Shown here piece after piece: positions 1-9,807 of a stretch of DNA of 64,000 nucleotides. The number at the start of each line of letters is the position of its first letter. Within the stretch, counting starts at the first letter, position 1. This stretch comes from Candidatus Latescibacterota bacterium (GTDB lineage: Bacteria > Latescibacterota > UBA2968 > UBA8231), in assembly GCA_964291625.2 (NCBI GenBank), contig OZ220089.1, positions 3,712,001 through 3,776,000 on the forward strand. Direction: 5' to 3'. A model generated the notes under the pieces. It was given only the letters and a program-made list of their open reading frames with translations, was not told the origin of the DNA and ran no database searches. A program made the translations under genes and the position numbers.

Positions 1-1
1 C

Positions 2-1504
2 GCCTCTGCGCCCGGCCTGATCTACGCCCGCGGCGTCCGCCGCGTGCACCGCAGCGAGGACGGCGGCGCCTCCTGGGACCCGACGCCTCCGGAATACCTC
101 GGGATCGAAAGCGTGAGCGCCGATGCCACCCACCCATCCGGCCTCCTCGTCCAGACCCAGGGGGAGTTGTTCGTCTCGAGAGATCAGGGCCGGACCGCGG
201 CACCGGTCCGGGTCGAGGCGCCTGTGCCGGCCGGGACGTTGTGGTTCGACGATGCGGGGCGCCTCGGCATGTCCACCGCGTGGTCGGAGGAGCATGGCCA
301 CCGCTACATCGGGATCTACAGGAACGACGGGCCGACCTGGAGATGGACCGGTCTCCCGTCAAGGGCCTGGCCGCTCTACGAGGTGATCGTGGAGGATCCC
401 GCGGTGGAGGGTCTGCTCCTGGCACAGGGCGTGCAGGCCCGCGGGTTCCTCAGGCGAGGCCCGCTCTGGGGATATCCCTTCGTGCAGACTTTCGCACGGA
501 GCACCAACGGTGGCGCCAGCTGGGAAGCCCTGGACGTCGGCAGGTACTACCTGCACCCCCGGGTCCCTCCGCATGCCACATACATCAAGCACACGCGCAG
601 GGAAGGGCAGTACTTCCTGGCGGGCGCCGGCGTGTGGCGAAGCGAGGATTACGGCGAGAGCTGGGAGAGGATCGGTCCCTTCAGGAATCTCTCACTCAGC
701 GAACTCCCAACAACCACCCTGGCGGGCGGAGCCCTGCTGAGCCCGCGGGACTCGCTCATGGTCGTCTTCGGCGACTCCGTCTGGGTGGGACACACCTCCG
801 GAACGGGCTGGAGGGTGGCCGGCCGTCTCGAGCCCGGAGCCTCGGGGCTGGACCTGGCCCGGCATCCGGACGAGCCCGGCGTCCTCTGCGCGGCGGCGAC
901 CACGGGATGCTTCGTCTCCGGAGACGGGGGGCGGACCTGGCGCCGGGCCCTGGAGCCCCGGTGGGGATCGTGGAGGAGGGCGCGCCTGCGCGGCCATCCG
1001 GTCGAGGCCGACGCGCTGTACCTGGCCGCCGACCGCGAGCTGTATCACAGCCCGGACCGCGGAGAGACCTGGCGGCCCCTCGACGGGGGCTATCCGGGGG
1101 TCCACTGGATCAACGACGTCGCCGTCGATCCCCTCGATCCGTCGATCCTCTACGTGGCCACGAGCGGCGGGCTGTACTCCATCGAACATCCCCCCACGTC
1201 GATCTCCGGGGACCCTCGGGTGCCGCGGACTGCCGAGCTGGGGCCGAGCTACCCCAACCCCTTCAACGCCGGCACTGTCATCCCCTTCCGCCTGGGGGCC
1301 GCCGGCCGGGTGAGGATCGACGTCTTCAACCTCCTCGGACAGCGGGTCCGCCGCCTGCTCGACGAGCGGCGCGCCCCCGGCCTGCACAAGGTGCGCTGGT
1401 CCGGGACCGACGACCGGGGGGCCCCGGTCTCCAGCGGTGTCTACTTCTACCGCCTCAGCATGGGCGATGTGGTCGAGACCCGGCGCTGCATGCTGATCAG
1501 GTGA
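2..1504 (+). CDS. BNR/Asp-box beta-propeller protein with C-terminal FlgD-Ig (PNPFN, T9SS-like) domain; 5'-truncated by window edge
   Basis: Frame is open from base 2. Repeated SxDxGxTW-like boxes (RSEDGGASW, RSTNGGASW, RSEDYGESW, VSGDGGRTW, HSPDRGETW). C-terminus SYPNPFNAGTVIPF...WSGTDDRGAPVSSGVYFYRL. Confidence 0.85.
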   Translation, partial: ASAPGLIYARGVRRVHRSEDGGASWDPTPPEYLGIESVSADATHPSGLLVQTQGELFVSRDQGRTAAPVRVEAPVPAGTLWFDDAGRLGMSTAWSEEHGHRYIGIYRNDGPTWRWTGLPSRAWPLYEVIVEDPAVEGLLLAQGVQARGFLRRGPLWGYPFVQTFARSTNGGASWEALDVGRYYLHPRVPPHATYIKHTRREGQYFLAGAGVWRSEDYGESWERIGPFRNLSLSELPTTTLAGGALLSPRDSLMVVFGDSVWVGHTSGTGWRVAGRLEPGASGLDLARHPDEPGVLCAAATTGCFVSGDGGRTWRRALEPRWGSWRRARLRGHPVEADALYLAADRELYHSPDRGETWRPLDGGYPGVHWINDVAVDPLDPSILYVATSGGLYSIEHPPTSISGDPRVPRTAELGPSYPNPFNAGTVIPFRLGAAGRVRIDVFNLLGQRVRRLLDERRAPGLHKVRWSGTDDRGAPVSSGVYFYRLSMGDVVETRRCMLIR

Positions 1505-1559
1505 TGCCCGGGGGAACCGCTGACCCGCCCCGCCCGTCGCCGGGACACCATGGCGCATC

Positions 1560-2157
1560 CTCCTGGCCCGGGTCGATTCCCGCAGCGATCTCACGTAGTT
1601 CGGAGAAGGCTGTCCCCATCTCTGCGGGACCGTCAGGAATGTGGGTGCCATCTCGGGGTATTCGACATGGTCGGCTACTGTCGAGGCCAACACCCAGATG
1701 TGGCGGAGGAGCACGAAGTGCGGTATCAGCTGTCTTTCACTACCGCTCAGCGGTCTGACCGATTCATAGCCCGCCAGGAGGTCCTGCCACAAGCCTTCTG
1801 AATCGCTCATGGCCCTGTCGCGGGCCCACCGGAATGTTGCGAGATCCCACAGGCGCCACCCGAGACCAGCGAGCTCGGAATCGAAGAAGGTGATGCCGGC
1901 CGTTCCTCATCGGAATCGGGAGGAGACGGGCAGGCCGGCCTGTCTGAGGAAGCGGGCCCACTCGTACTGATAGACAAGGGGAGACGCCGGCCGTCCCAGC
2001 AGAAGGGTCTCGTGAACACGAAGGACCGCCTTGCCGGCCGCTGAGCGGACCGGTCAGGAGCCATGAGTCTGCAGTGGACGGGTTCCGGGAGACCATACTC
2101 CCGCTGCACCAGTCCGGCGAGGTATCTGCTCGAGATGCGAGAGAACTCAGTCTGCAT
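1560..2157 (-). pseudogene. Decayed aminoglycoside phosphotransferase / type II homoserine kinase-like gene
   Basis: Family-like fragments in three frames: LVQREYGLPEPVHCRL, KAVLRVH...EWARFLRQAGLPVS, PIPMRNG, GITFFDSELAGLGWRLWDLATFRW, LLAGYESVRPLSGSERQLIPHFVLLRHIW. The central HGD region is missing and there is no proper stop. 3' boundary approximate. Confidence 0.75.
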
Positions 2158-2239
2158 GTCCCATTTGCGCCGCAGAGTCAGGCGGCTGGGGGGATAACCA
2201 TGCCTAACTTGGGCCGACCTGGAAACCGGGAGCATGAGC

Positions 2240-2509
2240 ATGGCCAGCATCACGATCCGCAATCTCGAGGAAGACGTAAAGACGCGGCTCCGCAAGCGGG
2301 CGGCAGAGCACGGCCGGTCGATGGAGGAGGAGGCACGGCTGATCCTGGCCGAGGCGGTCGCGCGGGAGGCCGCCCCCGCCAGGGGCTTGGGAACGGCGAT
2401 CCACGAACTGTTCAAGCCCCTCGGGGGAGTGGACCTGGAACTGCCGCCGCGCGAACCGATGCGCGAACCACCGCGTTTCGACCGGGGCGACGGCGATGGT
2501 CGTCCTTGA
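2240..2509 (+). CDS. FitA/StbC-like ribbon-helix-helix antitoxin
   Basis: MASITIRNLEEDVKTRLRKRAAEHGRSMEEEARLIL; GGGAG RBS; overlaps the PIN toxin gene. Confidence 0.9.
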   Translation: MASITIRNLEEDVKTRLRKRAAEHGRSMEEEARLILAEAVAREAAPARGLGTAIHELFKPLGGVDLELPPREPMREPPRFDRGDGDGRP

Positions 2510-2918
2510 TACCAGTGTCGTCTCCGAGTTGATGCAGACCGAACCGAGTTCGAAGGTCCGGGCCTGGCTGGACGACCGGCCGACGCGGGAGCTCTTCGTG
2601 ACGGCGGTAACCGAGGCGGAGGTCCGCACTGGCATCGCCTTTCTGCCCGAGGGTGCCCGCCGCCGGGGTCTCGCTGAGGCTGCCGAGCGCGCCTTCGGTG
2701 GTCTGTTCGCCGGACGGGTCCTGCCGTTCGACAGGGCCGCGGCTCTTGTCTATGCGGAGATCGCTGCGGCTCGGCGCGCCAGCGGGCGCCCGCTCTCACA
2801 GACCGATGGTCAGATCGCGGCTATCGCCCGGTCCCGAGCCATGGCGGTGGCGACGCGGAATGTTCGGGACTTCTCGGGGACGGGGATCGAGGTGATCGAC
2901 CCCTGGACCGAGGCATGA
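2496..2918 (+). CDS. vapC: PIN-domain VapC/FitB toxin
   Basis: VVLDTSVVSE, TEAEV, DGQIAAIA and ATRNVRDF PIN motifs. Confidence 0.92.
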   Translation: MVVLDTSVVSELMQTEPSSKVRAWLDDRPTRELFVTAVTEAEVRTGIAFLPEGARRRGLAEAAERAFGGLFAGRVLPFDRAAALVYAEIAAARRASGRPLSQTDGQIAAIARSRAMAVATRNVRDFSGTGIEVIDPWTEA

Positions 2919-2924
2919 AGTGAG

Positions 2925-2969
2925 GGAGTCTCCCAGGCGCTCTCTGATCCGCTGAGCCTGGGAGACTCC
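2925..2969. terminator. Perfect 14-bp inverted repeat between convergent genes; probable bidirectional terminator/stabiliser
   Basis: GGAGTCTCCCAGGC (2925-2938) pairs with GCCTGGGAGACTCC (2956-2969); 17-nt loop; no clear U-tract. Confidence 0.6.
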
Positions 2970-2984
2970 ATCCCGAGGCGCCCT

Positions 2985-3946
2985 TCACCAGAGAACCGCC
3001 GCCACAACCCCGGCAGAGGCCAGGCAGGTCGCCGCGACGAAGACGCAGGCGCGGCGCAGGTCTCCGGGGCGCCCCCCTCCGGGTCCCCGGGCCGCCCCAG
3101 CCAGAGATCGGTGATCCGTTCGCCCCCCTGCCAGATCGGTCCGGCCAGGCGGCATTGCAGGGCCCCGGCCGCGGCGGCCTCGCTCCATCCGGCGTTGGGG
3201 CCGGGCACGAGCCCGTGCTGGCGCCAGCCGACGGAGAGGGCCTTGCGGGCCGAGCACCCGGGCAGCACCAGGGCGGCCAGGACCATCAGCCCCCACGTTA
3301 GGCGGGCCGGGAGGTAGTTGAGGAGGTCGTCCAGGCGGGCGCCGCACCAGCCGAAGCGCAGGTAGCGGGGGCTGCGGTTGCCGACCATGGAGTCCATGGT
3401 GCTGACCACCTTGAACAGGACCACCCCCGGCAGGCCCAGCAGGGCGTACCAGAAGATGGGGGAGACGAAGCCGTCCACCGCGTTCTCGGCGAGGCTCTCC
3501 ATGCCGGCCCGGCGGCATGCGGCCGCATCCATGGGCGCCGTGTCGCGGGCCACCAGCCGGGCGGCCGCCTGACGGGCCCCGGCGAGGTCGCCGCCGGCCG
3601 CGGCGCGGTCGATGGCCATTCCGTGCTTGAGGAGATCGCGCAGGGCCAGCAGGCTGTAGAGCAGGAAGAGATGAAAGAGCTGGGCGAGGGCAGGGGAGAG
3701 GCGTCCCAGGCCCCAGGCGGCGCCGGCCACCAGGCCGACGCACAGGGCGCCCAGGACGGCGAAGAGCAGGCAGCCGCCGCCATGGCCGTCGAGCCCGAGG
3801 CGGCGCAGGACCGCCTCGATCCGCGACAGGGCGCCGCCGGCCAGGCGGACGGGATGCAGGCGGTAGACGGGGTCGCCGAGGAACGCGTCCAGGGCCACGG
3901 CGCCCAGCAGCAGCAGGGGATCCGGCGCCAGGCCCTCTATTCCCAC
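2985..3946 (-). CDS. cbiB: Adenosylcobinamide-phosphate synthase CbiB, with apparent 1-nt frameshift at G6 run 3072-3077
   Basis: GDP..LHPVRL, ESLAENAVDGFVSP, KVVSTMDSMVG, FGWCGARLDDLLNYLPARLT, GPNAGWSEAA. The natural C-terminal TM helix (DLRRACVFVAATCL...) is in another frame ending at 2985. GTG start overlaps the cbiZ end. Confidence 0.88.
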
Positions 3947-5064
3947 TTGAGCCGCCAGCCCAGGGCCACGGCGTCGGCCACCGCCCCCATGGGCTCGCCC
4001 GTGTCGGCGGCGAGCTGCCGCCAGCACTCCGTCCACGATCCCGGACGGGCCGCCAGGCAGGAGGCCAGGACCGCCGCCTGCTGCCGCAGTGCCGGGCCTG
4101 CCTGGTCCGGAGGCAGCCCGCCGTATCTCACCCGGTCCCGGACGGCGGCGAAGGCGTAGGCCGCGGCCACGGCCCCGGGCTCGCGCAGGACCGCCTCCCG
4201 GTTCTGGTCCAGCAGGGAGAAGGCCTCCTCGTCGAGGCGCTCCCTCAGCGCCTCCATGAGGCGGGTCTCGTCGAGGCCGAAGCGGCGCAGGGCGTAGGGG
4301 ATGCTGCGGGTGAAGGAGGGCTCGAGGCCGTTCTGCCAGCGCAGGGACTCCCGGGTCGCCCGCCGCACGGCGCGGCCGATCAGCTCGCCGAGCCGGGCGT
4401 GGTGGCCGGTGTTGGCCTTGGGCCTGCGGTCGTCGAGGGGGGCGGCGACGGCGTACTGGTCGGTGCCGGTGCCGGTGGCCAGGCCGGCCGAGCCGCGGCT
4501 GGAGACGGCCAGCTCCTGCAGGGCCGCGGACTTGGCCTCGGTGAGGGTGATGGCGGTCCGGGCCAGGGCCGCCGGGGTCAGGGGCCAGCCGACCAGCAGC
4601 AGCACGTTGATCGTGCCGGCGTGGGGATCGACCTCGCGCCAGCCGTCCTCGCCCTCGTGCCAGCGGGCGGGGTCACCGGCGCGCCCGGCATTCCCTTCCA
4701 CGCCCGCGGTGACCACGGCCCTCACCTTGACGCCGGCGAACTCCTCGCTCGCCTGGGCGGCGCAGTTCATGTTGGCCGCCGTCCCCATGAGCCCCACGGC
4801 ATCGGGGTCGAGGCCGAGCTCGCCGCAGACGGCGCGGTGGTACCCGCCTTCGCCGAGCTGCCGGAGGTGCACGAAGCGCGCCTCGTGGCCCCGGCCTTCG
4901 CAGCTCTGGTGGTTGACCAGGTAGCGCAGGTCCTCGCGCTGGCCGCCGCCGGCGGCCGAGGTGCACAGCACCCGGTGCGGTTGCAGCAGCTCGACGATCA
5001 GGAACCGCCCGCGGCGGCGGACCTCGTATCCCTCTTCCGCGGCCAGAGTCTCGTCCGCGCTCAT
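3937..5064 (-). CDS. cbiZ: Adenosylcobinamide amidohydrolase CbiZ
   Basis: GLMGTAANM, VTAGVEGNAGRAGDP, GTINV, TLTEAKSAAL, ATGTGTDQ motifs; ATG at 5064 overlaps the upstream stop. Confidence 0.9.
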   Translation of the reverse strand: MSADETLAAEEGYEVRRRGRFLIVELLQPHRVLCTSAAGGGQREDLRYLVNHQSCEGRGHEARFVHLRQLGEGGYHRAVCGELGLDPDAVGLMGTAANMNCAAQASEEFAGVKVRAVVTAGVEGNAGRAGDPARWHEGEDGWREVDPHAGTINVLLLVGWPLTPAALARTAITLTEAKSAALQELAVSSRGSAGLATGTGTDQYAVAAPLDDRRPKANTGHHARLGELIGRAVRRATRESLRWQNGLEPSFTRSIPYALRRFGLDETRLMEALRERLDEEAFSLLDQNREAVLREPGAVAAAYAFAAVRDRVRYGGLPPDQAGPALRQQAAVLASCLAARPGSWTECWRQLAADTGEPMGAVADAVALGWRLKWE

Positions 5065-5999
5065 GGACCCGCTTCCAGGCGCTCCCATCCCCGGTCCTCG
5101 CGGTCGCCCTCGAACTCGCCGGGATGGAGGATCTCGGCGACGATCTCCGCCGACTCCACCAGGCGCGGCCCCGGGCGGTTGAAGAACTGGTTGCCGTCGG
5201 TGAGGAAGACCCGCCCCTCGCGCACGGCCCGCAGCCGGGACCATGCCGGCGGCCGGGTGAGCGCCGGCAGCTCCCGCCGCGAGCGGAGGATGTCGAAGCC
5301 GCAGGGCATGAGGAGGATGAACTCCGGCTGCGCCTCCTCCAGGGCTTCCCAGGACAGCCAGGGGGAGTGGGCCCCGGCGGCGGACAGGAGGTTGAGGCCG
5401 CCGGCGGCCTCCACCAGCTCGGGGATCCAGTTGCCGGCGGCCATGAGGGGCTCGAACCACTCGATGCAGACGACGGTGGGGCGCTCGTCGAGAGCCGTGG
5501 TCCGCGCCGCGAGCCGGTCGAGACGCTCCCGCAGTTCGGCCACCAGGGCGCGGCCTCGCGCCTCCACTTCCAGGGCTTCGGCGACCCGCCCGATGTCGGC
5601 CCACACATCCTCCAGGCGGTTGGGCTCCAGCGACAGGATCGACGGCCGCGAGCGCACCAGCCGGCCGGCCGCCTCCTCGACATCCTTGAGGCTGACGGCG
5701 CAGACCTCGCACTGGGACTGGGTCACCAGCCAGTCCGGGGCCAGCTCGTCGAGGAGGTCCGCGTCCACCCGGTAGACCGAGGCGGCCTCCTGCAGGATCG
5801 CCTTGACCCGCTGGTCGACCTGGTACGAGGTGCCGTCCGGGTCGAACTTGGGGGCCGTGCAGGCCGGCAGCTCCTCGACCCCGGGGGGATGGTCGCACTC
5901 GTGGGAGCGGCCCACGAGCAGATCGCGGCAGCCGAGGGCGCAGACGATCTCGGTGCTGCTCGGCAGGAGGGAGACGACGCGCATGGCGGACTCCGTCAT
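5061..5999 (-). CDS. BtuF-like cobalamin-binding protein lacking an obvious signal peptide
   Basis: MRVVSLLPSSTEIVCALG, GRSHECDHP, TQSQCEVCAV, DGNQFFNRPGPRLVES. Confidence 0.85.
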   Translation of the reverse strand: MTESAMRVVSLLPSSTEIVCALGCRDLLVGRSHECDHPPGVEELPACTAPKFDPDGTSYQVDQRVKAILQEAASVYRVDADLLDELAPDWLVTQSQCEVCAVSLKDVEEAAGRLVRSRPSILSLEPNRLEDVWADIGRVAEALEVEARGRALVAELRERLDRLAARTTALDERPTVVCIEWFEPLMAAGNWIPELVEAAGGLNLLSAAGAHSPWLSWEALEEAQPEFILLMPCGFDILRSRRELPALTRPPAWSRLRAVREGRVFLTDGNQFFNRPGPRLVESAEIVAEILHPGEFEGDREDRGWERLEAGP

Positions 6000-7012
6000 C
6001 GGGTGGTCTCCGCCGGGGCGGCTCGCAGGTGACCGACCACCTCGTGGAGGCTGGCGCAGAGGCGCGGGCCCGCGGCGGTGCGCAGCCGCCAGGAAGGGCC
6101 GCCGCCGTGGCCGAGGACCTCGACGCACGGGGGCGTCTCGCGCCCCGCCTCGACGCGGAAGCCGGCCCGCTCCAGGGCGCGGGCCGTCCACCGGGCAGGG
6201 AGCCCCTCGCCCTCCAGGCCGACCTCGCCCTCCGGCTCCGGGTCCAGGCGGAAGGACCCGGTGGCCGGGTCGAAGTCCCCGAAGGTCTGCTGGAAGGCCC
6301 CGCTCAGCACCAGGTCCTCCGGAGCCCCGGTCTGCAGGGGGCCCCCGGGGGGCAGCAGCCACAGGCGATCGGCGCTGCGCAGGGCCAGCTCCAGGTCGTG
6401 GGTGGAGAGCAGCACGGCCCGGCCGCCCTCGCCGGCCAGGCGCCGCAGGAGCTGCACGATCTCCACCCGCCTCGGCAGGTCGAGGAAGGCCGTGGGCTCG
6501 TCGAGGAGGAGCACCGCCGGCTCCTGGGCCAGGGCCCGGGCGATGGTCACCTTCTGGCGCTCGCCATCGCTCAGCTCCCCCGCGCTGCGCGCCGCCAGCT
6601 CGCGGGCCCCCACCGCCTCCATGGCCCAGCGCACCACCTCCTCGTCCTCCGGCGACAGGCGGCCGTCCCAGCGGGTGTAGGGATGGCGGCCGAGCGCCGC
6701 CAGGGCGTAGGCCGACAGGTTCCCCGTGTCCACCCGCTCCGTGAGGACCAGGCCCAGGTGCCGCGCCCGCTCGCCCTCGCCCATGGCGTGCAGGTCGCGG
6801 CCGTGGAGGAGGACTTCGCCGGAGAGCGGCTTCTGCAGGCCGGCCAGGGTGCGCAGGAGGGTGGACTTGCCGGCGCCGTTGGGGCCCAGCAGGCAGACCA
6901 GCTCCCCCGCGTGCAACTCCACGCCGAGGTTGGCGGCCACCTCCACCCGGGGGCGCCGGCGGGGCGCGTAGCCGATGCCCAGGGCCCGAGTCTGCAGGAT
7001 GGCGTCGCCCAC
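5996..7012 (-). CDS. Cobalamin/siderophore ABC transporter ATP-binding protein (BtuD/FecE-like)
   Basis: Walker A GPNGAGKST, LSDGERQK, LLLDEPT, STHDL; GTG start at 7012. Confidence 0.92.
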   Translation of the reverse strand: MGDAILQTRALGIGYAPRRRPRVEVAANLGVELHAGELVCLLGPNGAGKSTLLRTLAGLQKPLSGEVLLHGRDLHAMGEGERARHLGLVLTERVDTGNLSAYALAALGRHPYTRWDGRLSPEDEEVVRWAMEAVGARELAARSAGELSDGERQKVTIARALAQEPAVLLLDEPTAFLDLPRRVEIVQLLRRLAGEGGRAVLLSTHDLELALRSADRLWLLPPGGPLQTGAPEDLVLSGAFQQTFGDFDPATGSFRLDPEPEGEVGLEGEGLPARWTARALERAGFRVEAGRETPPCVEVLGHGGGPSWRLRTAAGPRLCASLHEVVGHLRAAPAETTR

Positions 7013-7017
7013 GGCGT

Positions 7018-8106
7018 TCAGGCGGCGAAGGCCTGCCGCAGGGTGCGGCGGCGCAGGATGATCCAGGTGACCACGGGGGCGCCGATGAGGGCGGTCACGG
7101 CGTTGAGGGGCAGGGTGGCCTGGCTGCCGGGCAGGCGCGCCGCCAGGTCGGCGCCCAGGGCCAGCATGGCGCCCAGGATCAGGGTGGCGGGCAGCAGCAC
7201 CCGGTGGTCGGAGGTGTTGAAGAGGGCGCGGCACAGGTGCGGCACCGCAACCCCCACGAAGCCGATGGGGCCGCAATAGGCGGTCACGGCGCCGGCCAGC
7301 AGGGCGGCGCTGGCGATGATCCACAGCCGCGCCCGGCGCGTCTCCAGGCCCATGCTGCGGGCATAGGTCTCGCCGAGGAGGAGGGCGTTGAGGGGCTTCA
7401 CCAGCAGGCCGGCGATCCCCAGGCCGGCGAGCACCACCGGCGCCAGCACGGCGAGCTGGCCCCAGGTGACGGCGCCGAAGCTGCCGAAGGTCCACAGGAC
7501 GTAGGTCTGCACCTGCTCGGGGATGCTGAAGTAGAGGAGGACGCTCACCAGGGCGGCGGTGAGGTAGCCGAACATGAGGCCGAGGATGAGCAGGGTCATG
7601 GCGTGCTCCAGGCGCCGGCCCACCAGCATCACCAGGCCCAGGACCAGGCCCGCTCCGGCCACGGCTGCGGCCACCACTCCGGCCTGCCCGAGGAGCCCGA
7701 GCCCGGCGAGGAGCCCGCCCCCGGTGACGCCGGTGCCCAGGACGACCAGGGCCACCCCCAGGCTGGCGCCGGCGCTGATGCCGAGGATGAAGGGGTCGGC
7801 CAGGGGGTTGCGGAAGAGGGTCTGCATCTGCAGGCCGCCGGCGCTCAGGGCGGCGCCGGCCAGGACCGCGGTGAGGGCGCGGGGCAGGCGGATGGCGAGG
7901 ACGATGTGGGTCCAGCTCTCCTTCTGGCCGGTCCCGTCCCAGAGGATGGCGATCACCGCGTCGAGGGGGATGGAGACCGACCCGAAGCCGAGGCTGAGGG
8001 CCAGCAGGCCGAGGAGGGCCGCCGCCAGGGCCGGGAAGAGTCCCCGGCGGGCGCCCAGGCGCGGCCAGGGGGGGCTGTCGGCCGCGGCGTCGGAAGAGGC
8101 GGACAC
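7018..8106 (-). CDS. FecCD/BtuC-family ABC permease
   Basis: IRLPRALTA, QMQTLFRNPLADPFILGISAGA, CGPIGFVG, LPLNAVTALIGAP; start inferred as GTG at 8106. Confidence 0.9.
   Translation of the reverse strand: MSASSDAAADSPPWPRLGARRGLFPALAAALLGLLALSLGFGSVSIPLDAVIAILWDGTGQKESWTHIVLAIRLPRALTAVLAGAALSAGGLQMQTLFRNPLADPFILGISAGASLGVALVVLGTGVTGGGLLAGLGLLGQAGVVAAAVAGAGLVLGLVMLVGRRLEHAMTLLILGLMFGYLTAALVSVLLYFSIPEQVQTYVLWTFGSFGAVTWGQLAVLAPVVLAGLGIAGLLVKPLNALLLGETYARSMGLETRRARLWIIASAALLAGAVTAYCGPIGFVGVAVPHLCRALFNTSDHRVLLPATLILGAMLALGADLAARLPGSQATLPLNAVTALIGAPVVTWIILRRRTLRQAFAA
8032..8106 (-). repeat. Intact copy of permease 5' end, duplicated in decayed form at 9808-9889
   Basis: Encodes VSASSDAAADSPPWPRLGARRGLFP; aligns with the stub at 9808-9889. 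Confidence 0.8.
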
Positions 8107-8293
8107 GGGTCGGTTCAGAGCCGTTCCGACGGCCGGATCTCTAATGGCAATTGAACGGCCACGTCCGCTTGTAACCCCTTGTACACGACGATAACTGTTT
8201 TTGGTGGCGGACATCCCATGACTAGTGGACTATGGAGAATAGAACGTCCAAGGTATACTCTAGTCCCGTTTCCATGGGCATAAGCGTTCTCGG

Positions 8294-9805
8294 ATGGAGA
8301 CTCCCGTGGACAAGGCAAAATGGAACCCCACCGGCCAGGCCTGGCTGAGGAGCGAGCTGAACCTGCCAGTCCCCGCGCCGGCGGTAGAGAGCTATGTCGG
8401 AGCAGGCGCGCGGCGAACCGAGGTGCGAGGCTCGCGAATCGTGGAGCGGTATCCGCGGCAGTACACCGGGGACGGTTCCATCGCGGCCCATCTCCGTTTC
8501 GCCCTGCGCCATGAGCCGGTCGATCTCGGGGTGCTGGTCCCGGCCCTCCAGGCCATCGAGCCGGCCGAGCTGGAGGCCTGGGCCAGGAGGGAACCCACGG
8601 GCGCCTTCAGCCGGCGCGCCTGGTTCTTCTACGAGACCTTCACCGGCCGGACCCTGGACCTGGAGGACGTCCGCGCCGGCAACTACGTCATGGCCCTCGA
8701 TCCCCGCAGGCACATCGTCTCCGAACGCCGCAATTCCCCGCGCCATCGCGTGGCCGACAACCTTCTCGGAGGTCCCGGTCTCTGCCCCACGGTCCGCCGC
8801 ACGCCCAGGCTGACGGAGCAGATCGGCATGCAGGTGGGCGGGGAGGGGCGCGCCCTCATCGAAAGCTGCGACCCGGTCATCCTCGCCCGGGCCGTCAACT
8901 ACCTCTACACCAAGGAGACGCGCTCCTCCTTCGCCATCGAGGGAGAGACCCCGGGTGCCCGGCGCACCGAGCGCTTCGTCGCCGCGCTCAGGGAGGCGCC
9001 GGACTTCGATCCGGCCGACATGGACGCCCTGGTGCGCCTGCAAGGGGAGATCGTCGACCCCCGGTACGCGGCAAGCGGCTGGCGCGGTTTCCAGAACTTC
9101 GTCGGCTCGACCGCGGGGGAGTACCGTGAGCAGGTGCACTTCATCTGCCCGCGCCCCGAAGACGTGGCCGACCTCATGCAGGCCTGGAGGAGATTGACCC
9201 GGCGCGTTGTCGAGGGGGGGGTCGATCCCGTGGTGGCGGCCGCGGTCTGCGCTTTCGCCTTCGTCTTCATCCACCCCTTCGAGGACGGGAACGGCCGCAT
9301 CCACCGCTTCCTGGTACATCACGTTCTCGCCAGGCGGGGGTTCAGTCCGCCCGGGGTCATCTTCCCCGTCTCCGCGGCCATACTCCGCGATCAGCGCAGC
9401 TACGAAGGGGTGCTCGAGACCTTCTCGCGGCCGATTCTCGAGTTCATCAAGTGGGACTGGACGGCAGGGCGGGAGATCGCCGTTGGCAACGAGACGGCAG
9501 ATCTCTACCGCTACTACGACGCCACCGCCTTCGCGGAGTACCTGTACGACCGCGTGGCCGACACGGTCCGCCGCGATCTCAAGGAGGAACTCGAATTCGT
9601 CGCCGTCTTCGACCGCGCCTTCGAAGCGGTGCGCGGGATCGTCGACATGCCGGACCGCCGGGCCTCCCTGTTCGTGCGCCTCTGCATGCAGAGCGGCCGG
9701 CTCTCGGCGGCGAAACGGCAGCGGTTCCCCGAGCTGCACGACGCGGAAGTCGCCGCCATGGAAGCGGCGGTCCGCGCTGCGGCGGAAGACGGGACCGGAC
9801 GCTGA
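8294..9805 (+). CDS. Fic-domain protein (class II, internal inhibitory helix)
   Basis: Canonical HPFEDGNGRIHR motif; upstream SFAIEG fits the (S/T)xxxE(G/N) inhibitory motif. Confidence 0.93.
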   Translation: METPVDKAKWNPTGQAWLRSELNLPVPAPAVESYVGAGARRTEVRGSRIVERYPRQYTGDGSIAAHLRFALRHEPVDLGVLVPALQAIEPAELEAWARREPTGAFSRRAWFFYETFTGRTLDLEDVRAGNYVMALDPRRHIVSERRNSPRHRVADNLLGGPGLCPTVRRTPRLTEQIGMQVGGEGRALIESCDPVILARAVNYLYTKETRSSFAIEGETPGARRTERFVAALREAPDFDPADMDALVRLQGEIVDPRYAASGWRGFQNFVGSTAGEYREQVHFICPRPEDVADLMQAWRRLTRRVVEGGVDPVVAAAVCAFAFVFIHPFEDGNGRIHRFLVHHVLARRGFSPPGVIFPVSAAILRDQRSYEGVLETFSRPILEFIKWDWTAGREIAVGNETADLYRYYDATAFAEYLYDRVADTVRRDLKEELEFVAVFDRAFEAVRGIVDMPDRRASLFVRLCMQSGRLSAAKRQRFPELHDAEVAAMEAAVRAAAEDGTGR

Positions 9806-9807
9806 GG

